Positions 17,665-27,405 of a stretch of 38,993 bases of DNA are shown here, one piece after another. A program made the position numbers and the translations under genes. Origin of the DNA: a virus (lineage: Duplodnaviria > Caudoviricetes); the IMG/VR virus record IMGVR_UViG_3300025018_000285, positions 1 to 38,993 of that record; one strand, given 5' to 3'. The notes beneath the pieces were generated by a model. That model was not told the DNA's origin and searched no databases. It saw nothing but the letters and a program-made list of their open reading frames with translations. How positions within the stretch are numbered: the stretch's first letter is position 1; each line of letters begins with the position of its first letter.

Positions 17665-17823
17665 ATGGAAAATTTAGGAGATTACTTAGACAGTTTGGTT
17701 GCAAACTACTTTGAAAATTTTGGTGTTTCGGAAGAAGACAAAAAAGACAAAGAGAAAACAAAGAAAAAACCAGCAAAGAAAAAAGTTGTTAAAAAAGAAA
17801 CCGAAGATGAAAAAACAGTTTAA
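17665..17823 (+). CDS. Small hypothetical protein not in the ORF track (52 aa, MENLGDYLDS...EDEKTV)
   Basis: Translated by hand; AAGG RBS; fills the gap between neighbouring genes. Confidence 0.65.
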   Translation: MENLGDYLDSLVANYFENFGVSEEDKKDKEKTKKKPAKKKVVKKETEDEKTV

Positions 17824-18739
17824 ATTTTATTACGAAAAAAATAACATGATTAAATTCCTTGATAAGCAAATAGCTATCATGGAAAATCAAGAATATTCAG
17901 AAACATTAATTTCTGGATTGAGTAATGTTGTTAATAATGTAGTGAATAAATTTGATGAATATAAAAGTCAAATAGATAAAACAGTTGGTGGTGCGAAACG
18001 TGGTGCTACTAATGTAAAGACTGCTTTCAAGTCGGGTAATAGAGAGTGGTTCTTTCTAGATACTATAGATAAACTTCTTGAGATTAAAGATGCCGGAGAC
18101 TATTCAGAGTTAGGCGGAATTAAACCTGCGGATTTATTTGAAGTATTTGGTGCCAATCAAAATCTCTATACTATTTTTACAAAACAATTAGAAGAATTAA
18201 AAAAGAAATATAAAAAAATATATGAATCTTTTTTTGCTAAAAGTCCAGAGAATAGTAAGGTGCTGAAAGAAAAGAAGTCTATGCTTCAAACTATTAATGT
18301 TTTCGTCAAAGCATCTGGTATGGGAGAGAATGGAAAACAAGAGGAACTTACAAGTGCTATTGTTGATCTTGTAGATGAATCTTCACAACTAGCTTCATTT
18401 GGGCCAGAACAATATGCTAAAGAATTAAAAGATTTGGCAAATGGTATTATACCCGAAGAAAATCCTAGTGAACAACAAGCAGATGGAACTATTAATTTAA
18501 ACAAGCCAATAAATAAAACTCAATTACTCAGTGCTATGAAGACTCATATGGCTTCTGATGATTCAAAGAGTGGAATATTAAATTCTAAGATTTATAGCTT
18601 TCTGAAAATGACTAAGGATTATTTTGTTAAAGCTAAAAATCTTCAAGAATTTAATCAGACTGTCAACAATCAATTAAAAACTCTTGAGAGAACTATTTCT
18701 CAAAAAACAAAGAAAAACACTAAAAAACCTCAAAATTAA
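17807..18739 (+). CDS. Hypothetical helical protein, putative head-targeted; start revised from 17699
   Basis: N-term MKKQFKFYYE matches the local family; the upstream 36 codons overlap the 17665 ORF. Confidence 0.65.
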   Translation: MKKQFKFYYEKNNMIKFLDKQIAIMENQEYSETLISGLSNVVNNVVNKFDEYKSQIDKTVGGAKRGATNVKTAFKSGNREWFFLDTIDKLLEIKDAGDYSELGGIKPADLFEVFGANQNLYTIFTKQLEELKKKYKKIYESFFAKSPENSKVLKEKKSMLQTINVFVKASGMGENGKQEELTSAIVDLVDESSQLASFGPEQYAKELKDLANGIIPEENPSEQQADGTINLNKPINKTQLLSAMKTHMASDDSKSGILNSKIYSFLKMTKDYFVKAKNLQEFNQTVNNQLKTLERTISQKTKKNTKKPQN

Positions 18740-18740
18740 C

Positions 18741-18769
18741 TTGACAAAAAATTTTCAATAGACTATAAT
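18741..18769 (+). promoter_or_regulatory. Sigma70-type promoter, likely leaderless transcript
   Basis: TTGACA-17-TATAAT, 6 nt before ATG 18776. Confidence 0.9.
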
Positions 18770-18775
18770 GAGTCT

Positions 18776-19378
18776 ATGAATCTATTTTTAGTAGACTATG
18801 ATGTAAACAAGATTGCTGAATATTATTTCGATAAGCATGTCTTAAAAATGACATTAGAGACAGCACAATTGTTATCAACTGCACACAGATATGTTGATGG
18901 CTATATGGTCATAGAAAGAATTAAAAATAGAAATTACAAAAGATGGCATTTAATTGACCCTTGTATGCAAGATGCTTTATATAAGAGTACTCATGTAAAT
19001 CATCCTACAGCCAAATGGATTAGAGAATCAACATATAATTATAATTTTGCTTATGACTTGTTTATAGCTCTTGCAAAAGAATATGAATATAGATATGGCA
19101 AGCCGCATTTATCTTATATTAAATTAAAAGACTTGTTAAAAAATCCACCAAAAAGATTAACCAAAATAGGAAGTTTTGTTTATATGCCAGAACAGTTTCA
19201 GGCTATACCTATTGAATATAAACAAAAAGATCCAGTAGAAGCATATAGAACTTATATTCTATTAGATAAGCAACATCTTTTCCATTGGACTAAAAGAGAT
19301 ATACCTTATTGGATTCCAAAAAATCTTACATTAGAGTATAAAAAACGCAAAAAACTTATTGACAACAAAAGTCTATAG
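18776..19378 (+). CDS. Pyrimidine-dimer glycosylase (DenV)-related phage protein
   Basis: MNLF...DKHVLKM.LETAQLLSTAHR...LYK.TH.NHP..W.R...EY..RYGK.H pattern. Confidence 0.75.
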   Translation: MNLFLVDYDVNKIAEYYFDKHVLKMTLETAQLLSTAHRYVDGYMVIERIKNRNYKRWHLIDPCMQDALYKSTHVNHPTAKWIRESTYNYNFAYDLFIALAKEYEYRYGKPHLSYIKLKDLLKNPPKRLTKIGSFVYMPEQFQAIPIEYKQKDPVEAYRTYILLDKQHLFHWTKRDIPYWIPKNLTLEYKKRKKLIDNKSL

Positions 19379-19387
19379 TGATATAAT
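19359..19387 (+). promoter_or_regulatory. Sigma70-type promoter
   Basis: TTGACA-17-TATAAT with TG extension. Confidence 0.88.
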
Positions 19388-19414
19388 TAAACAAAAGAAT
19401 ACAAGGACAATACA

Positions 19415-20035
19415 GTGGATCAACGAATACAAATCACAACAAATAGTTTCTATGAAGAAATTAAAAGAATAGAGAAAGAAAAAGAGTATTATGCCAAATT
19501 GAATTTGATTGATAAAAGTCAATTAGGAACTCAGTTGATGGAATTTTATACTATTAGTGATTATATTAGTAAACAAATTTTTATTGAAAATAATTCAATA
19601 AAAATCGACGAATATAAAATAGAAATTAAAAAACTAATCAATGAAGTTATTTCGTATTTCGGATATATTCCAGATACAGAAGTTATTATGGGTGATTTTC
19701 TTGGAAGCCTTGTTTCAAGTAATTACAAATTACTCATTACTTATTTCAATTATTTAGATCAAATGATTAAAAGTTATCAAGCTGAAAAAGATCATTTAAT
19801 TGATGGACATGAATTTGAATGGGATAGAGAAATTGATTTCTTTGAATCCATGAATATTCAAAATGATTGTTTGCATAAAACTATTATAACCTATAATGAT
19901 TTGGATGCCGATTTTGCTGAGTTTGAAAACGAAATCAAAGTGGCGATTAAAACTGATCCAGAATTGACAAAAGTTCTTGATTATTTAGAAGAAAAAATAT
20001 ATATAAGAGATTCAAATGAAAACAGCCAAAACTAA
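19415..20035 (+). CDS. Hypothetical acidic protein
   Basis: AAGGA RBS, GTG start, 206 aa. Confidence 0.7.
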   Translation: MDQRIQITTNSFYEEIKRIEKEKEYYAKLNLIDKSQLGTQLMEFYTISDYISKQIFIENNSIKIDEYKIEIKKLINEVISYFGYIPDTEVIMGDFLGSLVSSNYKLLITYFNYLDQMIKSYQAEKDHLIDGHEFEWDREIDFFESMNIQNDCLHKTIITYNDLDADFAEFENEIKVAIKTDPELTKVLDYLEEKIYIRDSNENSQN

Positions 20036-20624
20036 ACTTAAATTCTCATCTATAACAGAAAAAGAAGTTAAGAAAATTAAAAGAGAACCAAGATTGTTTG
20101 CGGAACTTCTTAGAGATAATGAGAATTTTATAAATAAAATTATTCACAAAATAAATAAAAACAAAGATGAAGATTATGAATATTTTCTAGATTCTTTTCA
20201 AGATGGTTCTATAGGATTATGGAATGCTGTAACTACTTATAAAGGCACTAAGTCAAAATTTTCGACTTATGCCTATACTTGTATTTACAATGCAGTATTA
20301 CAAAAAGTTCAAAAGAATGATAAGAAAAAAGCAGACGATATATCTATTGAAAAGTTTATTCAAAACACAGATGATGGTGGTTCTGAATATTATGAGAATA
20401 GATTTATTTTTGATTATTCCGATCCATATAGTCAAATTGATAAACAAATTGATGAAGAGATTATGTTATCTAAAATGAATGAAAATGATACTATTATTTA
20501 CAATTCTAGAATACAAGGATTATCTTTGAAAGATACTGCTGAAAAAGTGGGTATGAAATTTAGCACATTCAAAGTTTACTACTACAAAGTATTCTTAAAG
20601 AAAATGAAGGATTTATTAAAGTAG
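20016..20624 (+). CDS. Phage sigma70-family sigma factor (regions 2 and 4)
   Basis: D.FQDGSIGLWNAV..Y....SKFSTYAY..I.NA; HTH GLSLKDTAEKVGM. Confidence 0.85.
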   Translation: MKTAKTKLKFSSITEKEVKKIKREPRLFAELLRDNENFINKIIHKINKNKDEDYEYFLDSFQDGSIGLWNAVTTYKGTKSKFSTYAYTCIYNAVLQKVQKNDKKKADDISIEKFIQNTDDGGSEYYENRFIFDYSDPYSQIDKQIDEEIMLSKMNENDTIIYNSRIQGLSLKDTAEKVGMKFSTFKVYYYKVFLKKMKDLLK

Positions 20625-20632
20625 GAAATAAA

Positions 20633-20896
20633 ATGGCAGAAAAAAAAGTAGAAAAATTAAAAGATTATTTCTCTTTCACATGGTTAGAAGAAGATGAAAA
20701 AGATGAAAAGAGTGGACTGATTCAAGTAGGTGTTACAGAAAAAGGACAAGCATTTCTAGAAGCCAAAAAGAAAGCTGATCTAACTTTCAATGAAGATAAA
20801 TACTTAACTGATTTAATCGTAAAAGCTCTAACAAATTATATAGATAAAAACGAGAAGGTTCAATCGGGAGAGATTGATGAAGATAATAAGGGATGA
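20633..20896 (+). CDS. Hypothetical protein
   Basis: AGGA RBS, 87 aa. Confidence 0.7.
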   Translation: MAEKKVEKLKDYFSFTWLEEDEKDEKSGLIQVGVTEKGQAFLEAKKKADLTFNEDKYLTDLIVKALTNYIDKNEKVQSGEIDEDNKG

Positions 20897-21854
20897 GTTT
20901 TTCACAGTCCCAGAGAATATTATAAGAAGTTTTTTGACAGATAACTTTTCGATCATAAAAGAAGATGCTAAGAATTTTAGAATTAACTCTTTATTTGAAA
21001 CGGATTCAGAATTAAAACTTTGGGTTAGCAAACATAAGAATGGTGTATGGCAAGATTATAAGGCTCAGAAAAAAGGAGACTTTATAAAATTTGTACAATA
21101 TACATTAGATTTTGATAGTTATGGGAAAGCAAAGATGCATTTAATAAAAAATTATTTCTTTGCTTCAAAAACTATACCTTCAACTTATATAGCTCAAAAG
21201 AGAAGCAAAGAAATAAAAGGATTAGAAATACCAGAAGAATTTGAAAAATTTGTACCTAGTGAACATAGTGAGTATGCAGAGTATTTAAAAAGTAGATATG
21301 TAGATTATACTAATCTAAAGTTATTTGTAGATGTAAAAAGAAAGATGGTAGTTTTTCCTGTTTATATGTATGATACATTAGTTTATTATGTGGCAAGAAG
21401 TATAAGAAAAAATTCTTATATAAGATATCTCAATGCAACTACAGAAGGTCAAGGATTTGTGTATGGCTTAGAAAATATAGATTCTAGTTCTATAGTATTT
21501 ATTTTTGAAGGTATATTCGATTCTCTTATGGTAAAGAATGGTATAGCCATTCTTAGTGCTAATAATGTGTCTGAAGACCTAGTAGAAAATTTATTAAACA
21601 AAAACCCGTATAAAATTTATATAGTAATGGATAATGATAAAGCTGGAAAAATAGCCAGAGAAAAACTTATCGAATTATTATTTAAAAAGCATAACCAATT
21701 ATATATTTTTAATTGGAACAAAATCCAAAAAAAGGATATATCAGATGTTAAAGAAAAATCTAATGGAGAAATAGATATACAAAAAATGATTATAGAAAAC
21801 AGTGAATTAGTAGATTATAAATATAAAATTAAAAAGATTATGGAGACGAAGTGA
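20877..21854 (+). CDS. DNA primase (DnaG/T4 gp61-like)
   Basis: YLKSR, VVFP, FEGIFDSL, TOPRIM MDNDKAG, KD. Confidence 0.88.
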   Translation: MKIIRDEFFTVPENIIRSFLTDNFSIIKEDAKNFRINSLFETDSELKLWVSKHKNGVWQDYKAQKKGDFIKFVQYTLDFDSYGKAKMHLIKNYFFASKTIPSTYIAQKRSKEIKGLEIPEEFEKFVPSEHSEYAEYLKSRYVDYTNLKLFVDVKRKMVVFPVYMYDTLVYYVARSIRKNSYIRYLNATTEGQGFVYGLENIDSSSIVFIFEGIFDSLMVKNGIAILSANNVSEDLVENLLNKNPYKIYIVMDNDKAGKIAREKLIELLFKKHNQLYIFNWNKIQKKDISDVKEKSNGEIDIQKMIIENSELVDYKYKIKKIMETK

Positions 21855-23164
21855 TGAAAGTTAAAAGATTAAATATGCACGAATTGGAGAAAGATATCTT
21901 TCAAGCATTCTTGCAATCAAAAAAAGTTTGGATCACTTTTGAACAACACATAGAATCTGCTTTTTTTACAAAAAAGATAGATCAGTTAATGTTCACAATA
22001 TTTCAAAAGTATTGGACTAAGCATAAACATTTACCGACAAAAAATCAATGTATTACATTTTTGAAAAAACTAGAAGGTAATCCTGGTGCAAAAATCTCTA
22101 TTACAGATATTGAAAATACACAAAAAATCTTTGATAGAATTCAAACTAATCCTTTAGTAGATCATGAGATTCAACATATCAGTGATGAATTAAAAGCATT
22201 TATTAAAAGAAGTAAATTAGAAAAGGCATTGTATGAAAGTGCGGCTGATATCGAAGATGAGACTAAGTTCCCAGAAATAGAATCTAAAATTAAAGAAGCT
22301 ATCCTTTGGAAAGAAGACGTTAGTTTAGGAGTTTCTATTGCTAAAGATATTGATAAACGATATGATGAATTAGAAAGAATCTATACAAACGTAATTAAAA
22401 CTCCATGGCCACAGTTAAATGCTAGTCTTGGTGGAGGATTATTTGAAAAAGAAATTGCTTGTATTATAGCACCTTCAGGTGTTGGTAAAAGTATTGTGCT
22501 TTCCAACGTAGCTACGCATGTATTCTCTAAACTACAAAAAAAAGTTGTTTATATATCACTTGAACTTTCTGAGGCTAGATTGGGCCAAAGATTAGATGTT
22601 TCGATGACAAATATTAAAATGGCGCAAATTGTAAAAGAAAGAGAGGCTGTAAAGAAATATTGGTATAATATTATGAAAGATAACCCTGGAGAGTTAAGAA
22701 TGAAAGAATTTCCTACCTCTTCTGTAAATTCTAGAGATATTGAAAATTATTTATATACTCTTGAGATTTATGAGGGCTTCAAACCCGATATTATCATTAT
22801 TGACTATGCTGATATTTTAAATCCAAATGAAGAAGACAAAAAAGGCGGATCGTATATCAATGCTGGTAGAGTGGTAGAACAAATGAGAGGTTTAGGTTAT
22901 ATCTATTCTTGTCCAATTCTTACTGCAACTCAAAGTAATAGAGGCGGTTATAATATTGAGATTGGTGATTTTAACGAAGTTCATATTGGTGAAAGTATGA
23001 AGAAACTTTTTACACTAGATTCTTTAATTGTTTTGAATTCTACGGATGCACAACGATTAGTTGGAGAAGCAGATATGAAACTTCTTAAATGTAGAAATGG
23101 AGTAAAAAACTCAATAATTAATTTCACTGTAAAATATGAATATTTTAGATTAGAAGAAATGTAA
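21851..23164 (+). CDS. Replicative helicase (DnaB/T4 gp41-like)
   Basis: APSGVGKS, YISLELSE, KEFPT, PDIIIIDYAD, TATQSNR, K.RNG. Confidence 0.92.
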   Translation: MMKVKRLNMHELEKDIFQAFLQSKKVWITFEQHIESAFFTKKIDQLMFTIFQKYWTKHKHLPTKNQCITFLKKLEGNPGAKISITDIENTQKIFDRIQTNPLVDHEIQHISDELKAFIKRSKLEKALYESAADIEDETKFPEIESKIKEAILWKEDVSLGVSIAKDIDKRYDELERIYTNVIKTPWPQLNASLGGGLFEKEIACIIAPSGVGKSIVLSNVATHVFSKLQKKVVYISLELSEARLGQRLDVSMTNIKMAQIVKEREAVKKYWYNIMKDNPGELRMKEFPTSSVNSRDIENYLYTLEIYEGFKPDIIIIDYADILNPNEEDKKGGSYINAGRVVEQMRGLGYIYSCPILTATQSNRGGYNIEIGDFNEVHIGESMKKLFTLDSLIVLNSTDAQRLVGEADMKLLKCRNGVKNSIINFTVKYEYFRLEEM

Positions 23165-23169
23165 TAATT

Positions 23170-23204
23170 TTACCTCTATGTTGATATATTAAATATAGAG
23201 GTAA
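23170..23204 (+). promoter_or_regulatory. RBS-sequestering hairpin containing a TAAATATA late-promoter motif
   Basis: 13-bp stem TTACCTCTATGTT / AATATAGAGGTAA covering the GAGGT RBS. Confidence 0.65.
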
Positions 23205-23206
23205 TC

Positions 23207-24184
23207 ATGATACAAAATATATCGCCAGAAGAAGTAGAAAATCTAAAAAAGAAAGTCAAAGAAAAAGAGACTGTAGAAGTTTTTAGAGATACTGCGGATG
23301 TAAAAACTCCAACTAATACTATTGAAGATGTACAGCTTAAACAAAAAAGCTCTGTGTTTGAACCAAATCCAGTAAAATATAGATTATTAACAACAAACAA
23401 TGTAATCAAAAAGAATTTAACTTCAAATGAAGAAATTTTCATAAGACGTATGGGTGGTGAAGAAGATATTCACTTACAAAGTATGTTATATACAGAAAAT
23501 ATATTTGAAGTAAATACTGCAATAACTAAAATTATTGAAGGGTGTATAAAGTCTAATATAGATGTAAGAACTATTCCCATTCTTGAAAAAATTCCATTAT
23601 TTTTATTTATTCTTTCTATTTCACTTGAAGATAATTTTGATGCGGCTCCTATTCCAGGTTGTAAAACGTGTGATGACGATACAAAAGTCTATCTTAAATT
23701 CTCAGACTTTGAGAAAATTTACATGCCTAAAGATTCTCAAGACTATCCTAAAAAATTAAAATTACAAACTTATAAAGATGCTAATATAAACATAGAATTG
23801 GAATTACCAAAACTAGGTTCTGAAGGTATGTTTCTTGAAAATTCTAAGAATAAACAAGAATATATTCAAAAGTTATTACAGATCATTTCTAACATCTACG
23901 GTACTAAACCCGATGGTGAAGAGGTTCGTAAATCAGATTGGGTAGAAATTATAAACTTCTTAGATATAGATGATAAAGAAGCAATAAAAGAACTTCAAGA
24001 TAAGTGGGCAGAAGATTATAAGTTATCAAGTGATATAAAAATAACGCATTGCACTAATCCAGAATGTTGTATGCTAAAAACAAACACTAAAGTAAATTTT
24101 AATATGTATGAATTGATGAGAAAGTTTTTATTGAATATGGTGAAAACCGATCAAATAATTTTAAAAAAACCTTTGAATGAATAA
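23207..24184 (+). CDS. T4 gp26-like baseplate hub protein
   Basis: I.IRRM..EE..L, I..CI...D...I...E...L...I..IS, two Cys-pair zinc knuckles. Confidence 0.6.
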   Translation: MIQNISPEEVENLKKKVKEKETVEVFRDTADVKTPTNTIEDVQLKQKSSVFEPNPVKYRLLTTNNVIKKNLTSNEEIFIRRMGGEEDIHLQSMLYTENIFEVNTAITKIIEGCIKSNIDVRTIPILEKIPLFLFILSISLEDNFDAAPIPGCKTCDDDTKVYLKFSDFEKIYMPKDSQDYPKKLKLQTYKDANINIELELPKLGSEGMFLENSKNKQEYIQKLLQIISNIYGTKPDGEEVRKSDWVEIINFLDIDDKEAIKELQDKWAEDYKLSSDIKITHCTNPECCMLKTNTKVNFNMYELMRKFLLNMVKTDQIILKKPLNE

Positions 24185-25160
24185 AATTTATAAATATTCT
24201 AAAATATTAAATCTACCTTCCAATGGTTTATCTTATGATAAATTCTGTTTTGTGTCTCCTTTGACAAATTCATTTTTTTATGCAATAAATGATATTCTTA
24301 TCACACGAAACGAAACGGAGTTTATAGCCTCGATTTTAAATCATTTGATAGAATTAGAGATTTCTGTTTTGGATATGTATTTTTTTGATTTAATATTTAT
24401 TTGGCAATATGTTTATAATACTGCTTTTTCTATTTCTTCTATTGAAAAACATCATTATTGTGAATATTGCAGAGAATCTAATGCTTTATCTATAAAGTCT
24501 TCACAAATTGAAATAAAAAATTTAGAAGAAGGTGCTAGTAAATATTTACTTTTTGAAGAAAAAGTAAATGATAAACAAGTTGATTTTGTTTTTGATAGAA
24601 GAAGAACAAAACACAATATAGAGAGTTCTCAATTAAATTTGAGATATTCTTTTAAACAAACACAAGAACAAGAATTAAATGATGAAGAAATTATGGATTT
24701 TACTTTAAATCTAATACTACCTCAACTCATTGAGATTAGAATAGATAACGTAGTTATAAAAGAAAACTTTAAAGAATTGATATTAGATATGAGCAAGTAT
24801 CACAAAAAAGGTGCCTTACTTGTTTATAATATTTTTAATAAATTATTTGATAATGTAGATTTTGGTATTATGAATAATTTAAGCTATAGTTGTAAAAAAT
24901 GTAATAAAAAAAATAAAATAAGATTAGTAGATATTCTTAGCTCTTCTATATATGATACAAAAATTGTAGAGAGAGGAAATAGCATAATGAATTATTTCAC
25001 ATTTACAGATACAAAATTAATAACTTTTGAAGAGATACTAAACATACCAATTTATTTGAATGATGTAGTATTAAAACAATTAACAGAAACAGTAGGAAAC
25101 AAAAAAGAAAAAAATTACAGCACTCCAGAAGAAATGGGTGTTGGTATAGGTGGAGTTTAA
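24177..25160 (+). CDS. Second gp26-like baseplate hub paralog
   Basis: LPSNGLSY, D..FI, CEYC and CKKC. Confidence 0.5.
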   Translation: MNKIYKYSKILNLPSNGLSYDKFCFVSPLTNSFFYAINDILITRNETEFIASILNHLIELEISVLDMYFFDLIFIWQYVYNTAFSISSIEKHHYCEYCRESNALSIKSSQIEIKNLEEGASKYLLFEEKVNDKQVDFVFDRRRTKHNIESSQLNLRYSFKQTQEQELNDEEIMDFTLNLILPQLIEIRIDNVVIKENFKELILDMSKYHKKGALLVYNIFNKLFDNVDFGIMNNLSYSCKKCNKKNKIRLVDILSSSIYDTKIVERGNSIMNYFTFTDTKLITFEEILNIPIYLNDVVLKQLTETVGNKKEKNYSTPEEMGVGIGGV

Positions 25161-25889
25161 ATGTATTATATAAGCAAAAAAAGACAAGAAGAAATGCAAG
25201 AAAAAATTAATAGGTTCTATGAGATTATTGATTCTGGCATTGAGAAAAATCATGAAACAGATAAAATAATGTCTGAGTTGTATAAAGATTTTGATAAACT
25301 AATTATTGGTATTATTCGTACACCAATGTATAAATTCTATCAATATGGTATCGAAGATGATGAACTCATAGCAGAAGCTAGATTTCAGATTTATCTTTCT
25401 ATTATGAAGAAACAATGGGACCCGACTAGAGGTGCTTCTCTATTTTCTTTTTATTCTACTGTAGTAGCTAGAAATCTTAGAAATTTTACTAAGACTTTTA
25501 ATAAAAAGAAAAATAGAAATATCTCTACTCCTATTGAAGAAATACTGAATGAAGAGTTACTTTTTTGGAATGCAGATTTTCAAGAAGACTTTGTAAATAA
25601 CTATATTTTTGATGAGATAGAAAATTATTTCAAACATAATGAAAAAGAGAAGTTTTTAAAACTGGCCCAAACATTTAGAAACTATTTTCTTGAAAATAAA
25701 CACGTAAAATTTAAAAAGAAAGATTTTATAGCTTTTGCAAATTCATTCGGTTATTCACAAAGTTTCTGCAATACATTTTTTGATAATATCAAAAAAATAA
25801 AAAACCTTAGAAATATGTGGTCTGATTTGTTTGAAGAAAACTTCAATTCAAATAACAAAATTGTTTATAAAAATAGAGAAATATTGTAA
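25161..25889 (+). CDS. T4 gp55-like late sigma factor
   Basis: F.KL...II....F..Y....DELI.E...WDPTRGASLFSFYSTVV.RN; region 2 only, no region-4 HTH seen. Confidence 0.65.
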   Translation: MYYISKKRQEEMQEKINRFYEIIDSGIEKNHETDKIMSELYKDFDKLIIGIIRTPMYKFYQYGIEDDELIAEARFQIYLSIMKKQWDPTRGASLFSFYSTVVARNLRNFTKTFNKKKNRNISTPIEEILNEELLFWNADFQEDFVNNYIFDEIENYFKHNEKEKFLKLAQTFRNYFLENKHVKFKKKDFIAFANSFGYSQSFCNTFFDNIKKIKNLRNMWSDLFEENFNSNNKIVYKNREIL

Positions 25890-25898
25890 ATATACTAT

Positions 25899-26477
25899 AT
25901 GGCATATAATTTATTTGAAGAACTAGAAAAAATAACAAAAAATCATTTAGTTGATTTTTTTGAAGAATCATCGGACAAAGTAGATGAAGTATCATTTAGT
26001 GCGGAAGCTATCTCACCAGATAATATTTCCATAAGCTCTAATGTACCAGATTCAGATACTTTTACTGATTTTATATCTGTAATAGATAAAACTATGATGA
26101 ATTCATTTGTAGATTTATTTAAGAAAGGTAAAAATGTTGAAGGTTCACTTATTAGTCTTTCTTTTAATTATAAAGATGCAAATGTTTCTATGGATTTAAC
26201 TGCAAAGAAAAGTTCTAAAGATATAACTAGAAGTTATAACAAAGAAGTAGATTGGTATTCTATTTCTATGGCAAGTCTTACTATCAATTCAGTAGATAAA
26301 GCTTTCAATGATGATAAAACTTATCTTCAAAGAATACAAGAAAAAATTAAAACTAAAAAAATCAAAAATGATTCACCAGAATATTTTGTTAATCTTTTAA
26401 CAACTATTAGAGTTTTACTTGAAAAAAATGAAGATAGAAAGAAAATTTCTAAAGAAAAATTGGATGATACTAAATGA
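25899..26477 (+). CDS. Hypothetical late protein
   Basis: TAAATATA (25887-25894) 4 nt before ATG. Confidence 0.7.
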   Translation: MAYNLFEELEKITKNHLVDFFEESSDKVDEVSFSAEAISPDNISISSNVPDSDTFTDFISVIDKTMMNSFVDLFKKGKNVEGSLISLSFNYKDANVSMDLTAKKSSKDITRSYNKEVDWYSISMASLTINSVDKAFNDDKTYLQRIQEKIKTKKIKNDSPEYFVNLLTTIRVLLEKNEDRKKISKEKLDDTK

Positions 26478-26860
26478 GTACAAATGCAATAAAAATAGCA
26501 GACTTATCAAAAGCCCTTGATACTGTAAAAGAAATAGAAAACCTTACAGCAATTTTTAATCATGCTATCAAGTTGCTTACAGAAGATAAAGCAGAAGCAG
26601 ATAGATTCTATGAAGAGTTGATGAATGCTTATGAAGAAGTTCGTGGGTTCTCAACTGTATCTGAAGATGGGATTATTGAAAAAGCTATAAATGAATGCTT
26701 AAAAAACAAAAATGAAATGGGTAAAAGACTTGAAAAAATTCAAGATAATATAACTCGAATTATTACTACAAAATTAACATTAGAAGCCAATATTGAAATG
26801 AATAAACTTGGCGCTAATACTCTCAATAAGCCTATAAATATTTCTGATTTTAAAAACTAA
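26474..26860 (+). CDS. Hypothetical helical protein (terminase small subunit is possible from size and position only)
   Basis: 128-aa coiled-coil-like ORF near terL; no diagnostic motif. Confidence 0.45.
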   Translation: MSTNAIKIADLSKALDTVKEIENLTAIFNHAIKLLTEDKAEADRFYEELMNAYEEVRGFSTVSEDGIIEKAINECLKNKNEMGKRLEKIQDNITRIITTKLTLEANIEMNKLGANTLNKPINISDFKN

Positions 26861-26955
26861 AAAAAAATAAATTTTTTTTCTTTTGATGGATAAAATAATA
26901 TTAGAAGATGTCGAAAGAGTCTTCAAAATATTTAACTGTCGAAAGAGGTAAAACG

Positions 26956-27405
26956 ATGAAAAACAAATATTTTAATGACTATCCTATGAACACAAGTGTA
27001 GAAATGGAATCATTACTTCCAGCTAGATTACTCGAAACTTTAGAAGAATTTGATAGAGTAATAAGCCCAACTCCATTTGTATCAACAAAAGCAAACTTTC
27101 CAAAAATAAATATCAAAAGAAAAGAAGATGTTTATACTGTAGAAGTTGGTTTGGCCGGCTACAAAAGAGAAGAAATCACTGCTGTTATAGAGGGTAGAAA
27201 TTTAATCATCTCTCACAAAAAGTCAGACGATGTAAAAGAAGAAGAATACTTTATTAAAGAAATGACTAAAGGTTCATTCAAAAGAATTATCAATATTCCT
27301 AATTTTATTAATTTGGAAAATATTGAATCGGAATTTCAAAATGGTGTTCTAAAAATTACAATGTATGTAGCAGAAGCATCTAAACCAAAAATCTTAAAAT
27401 TCTAG
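26956..27405 (+). CDS. Small heat-shock protein (Hsp20); start revised from 26908
   Basis: FPKINI, VEVGLAGY..EEI, GSFKR, F.NGVLKI; GAGGT RBS before ATG 26956. Confidence 0.9.
   Translation: MKNKYFNDYPMNTSVEMESLLPARLLETLEEFDRVISPTPFVSTKANFPKINIKRKEDVYTVEVGLAGYKREEITAVIEGRNLIISHKKSDDVKEEEYFIKEMTKGSFKRIINIPNFINLENIESEFQNGVLKITMYVAEASKPKILKF

Noticed and set aside
17699-17806. Lys-rich N-terminus of the 346-aa ORF
   Set aside because: Shadow of the 52-aa gene at 17665; ATG 17807 fits better.
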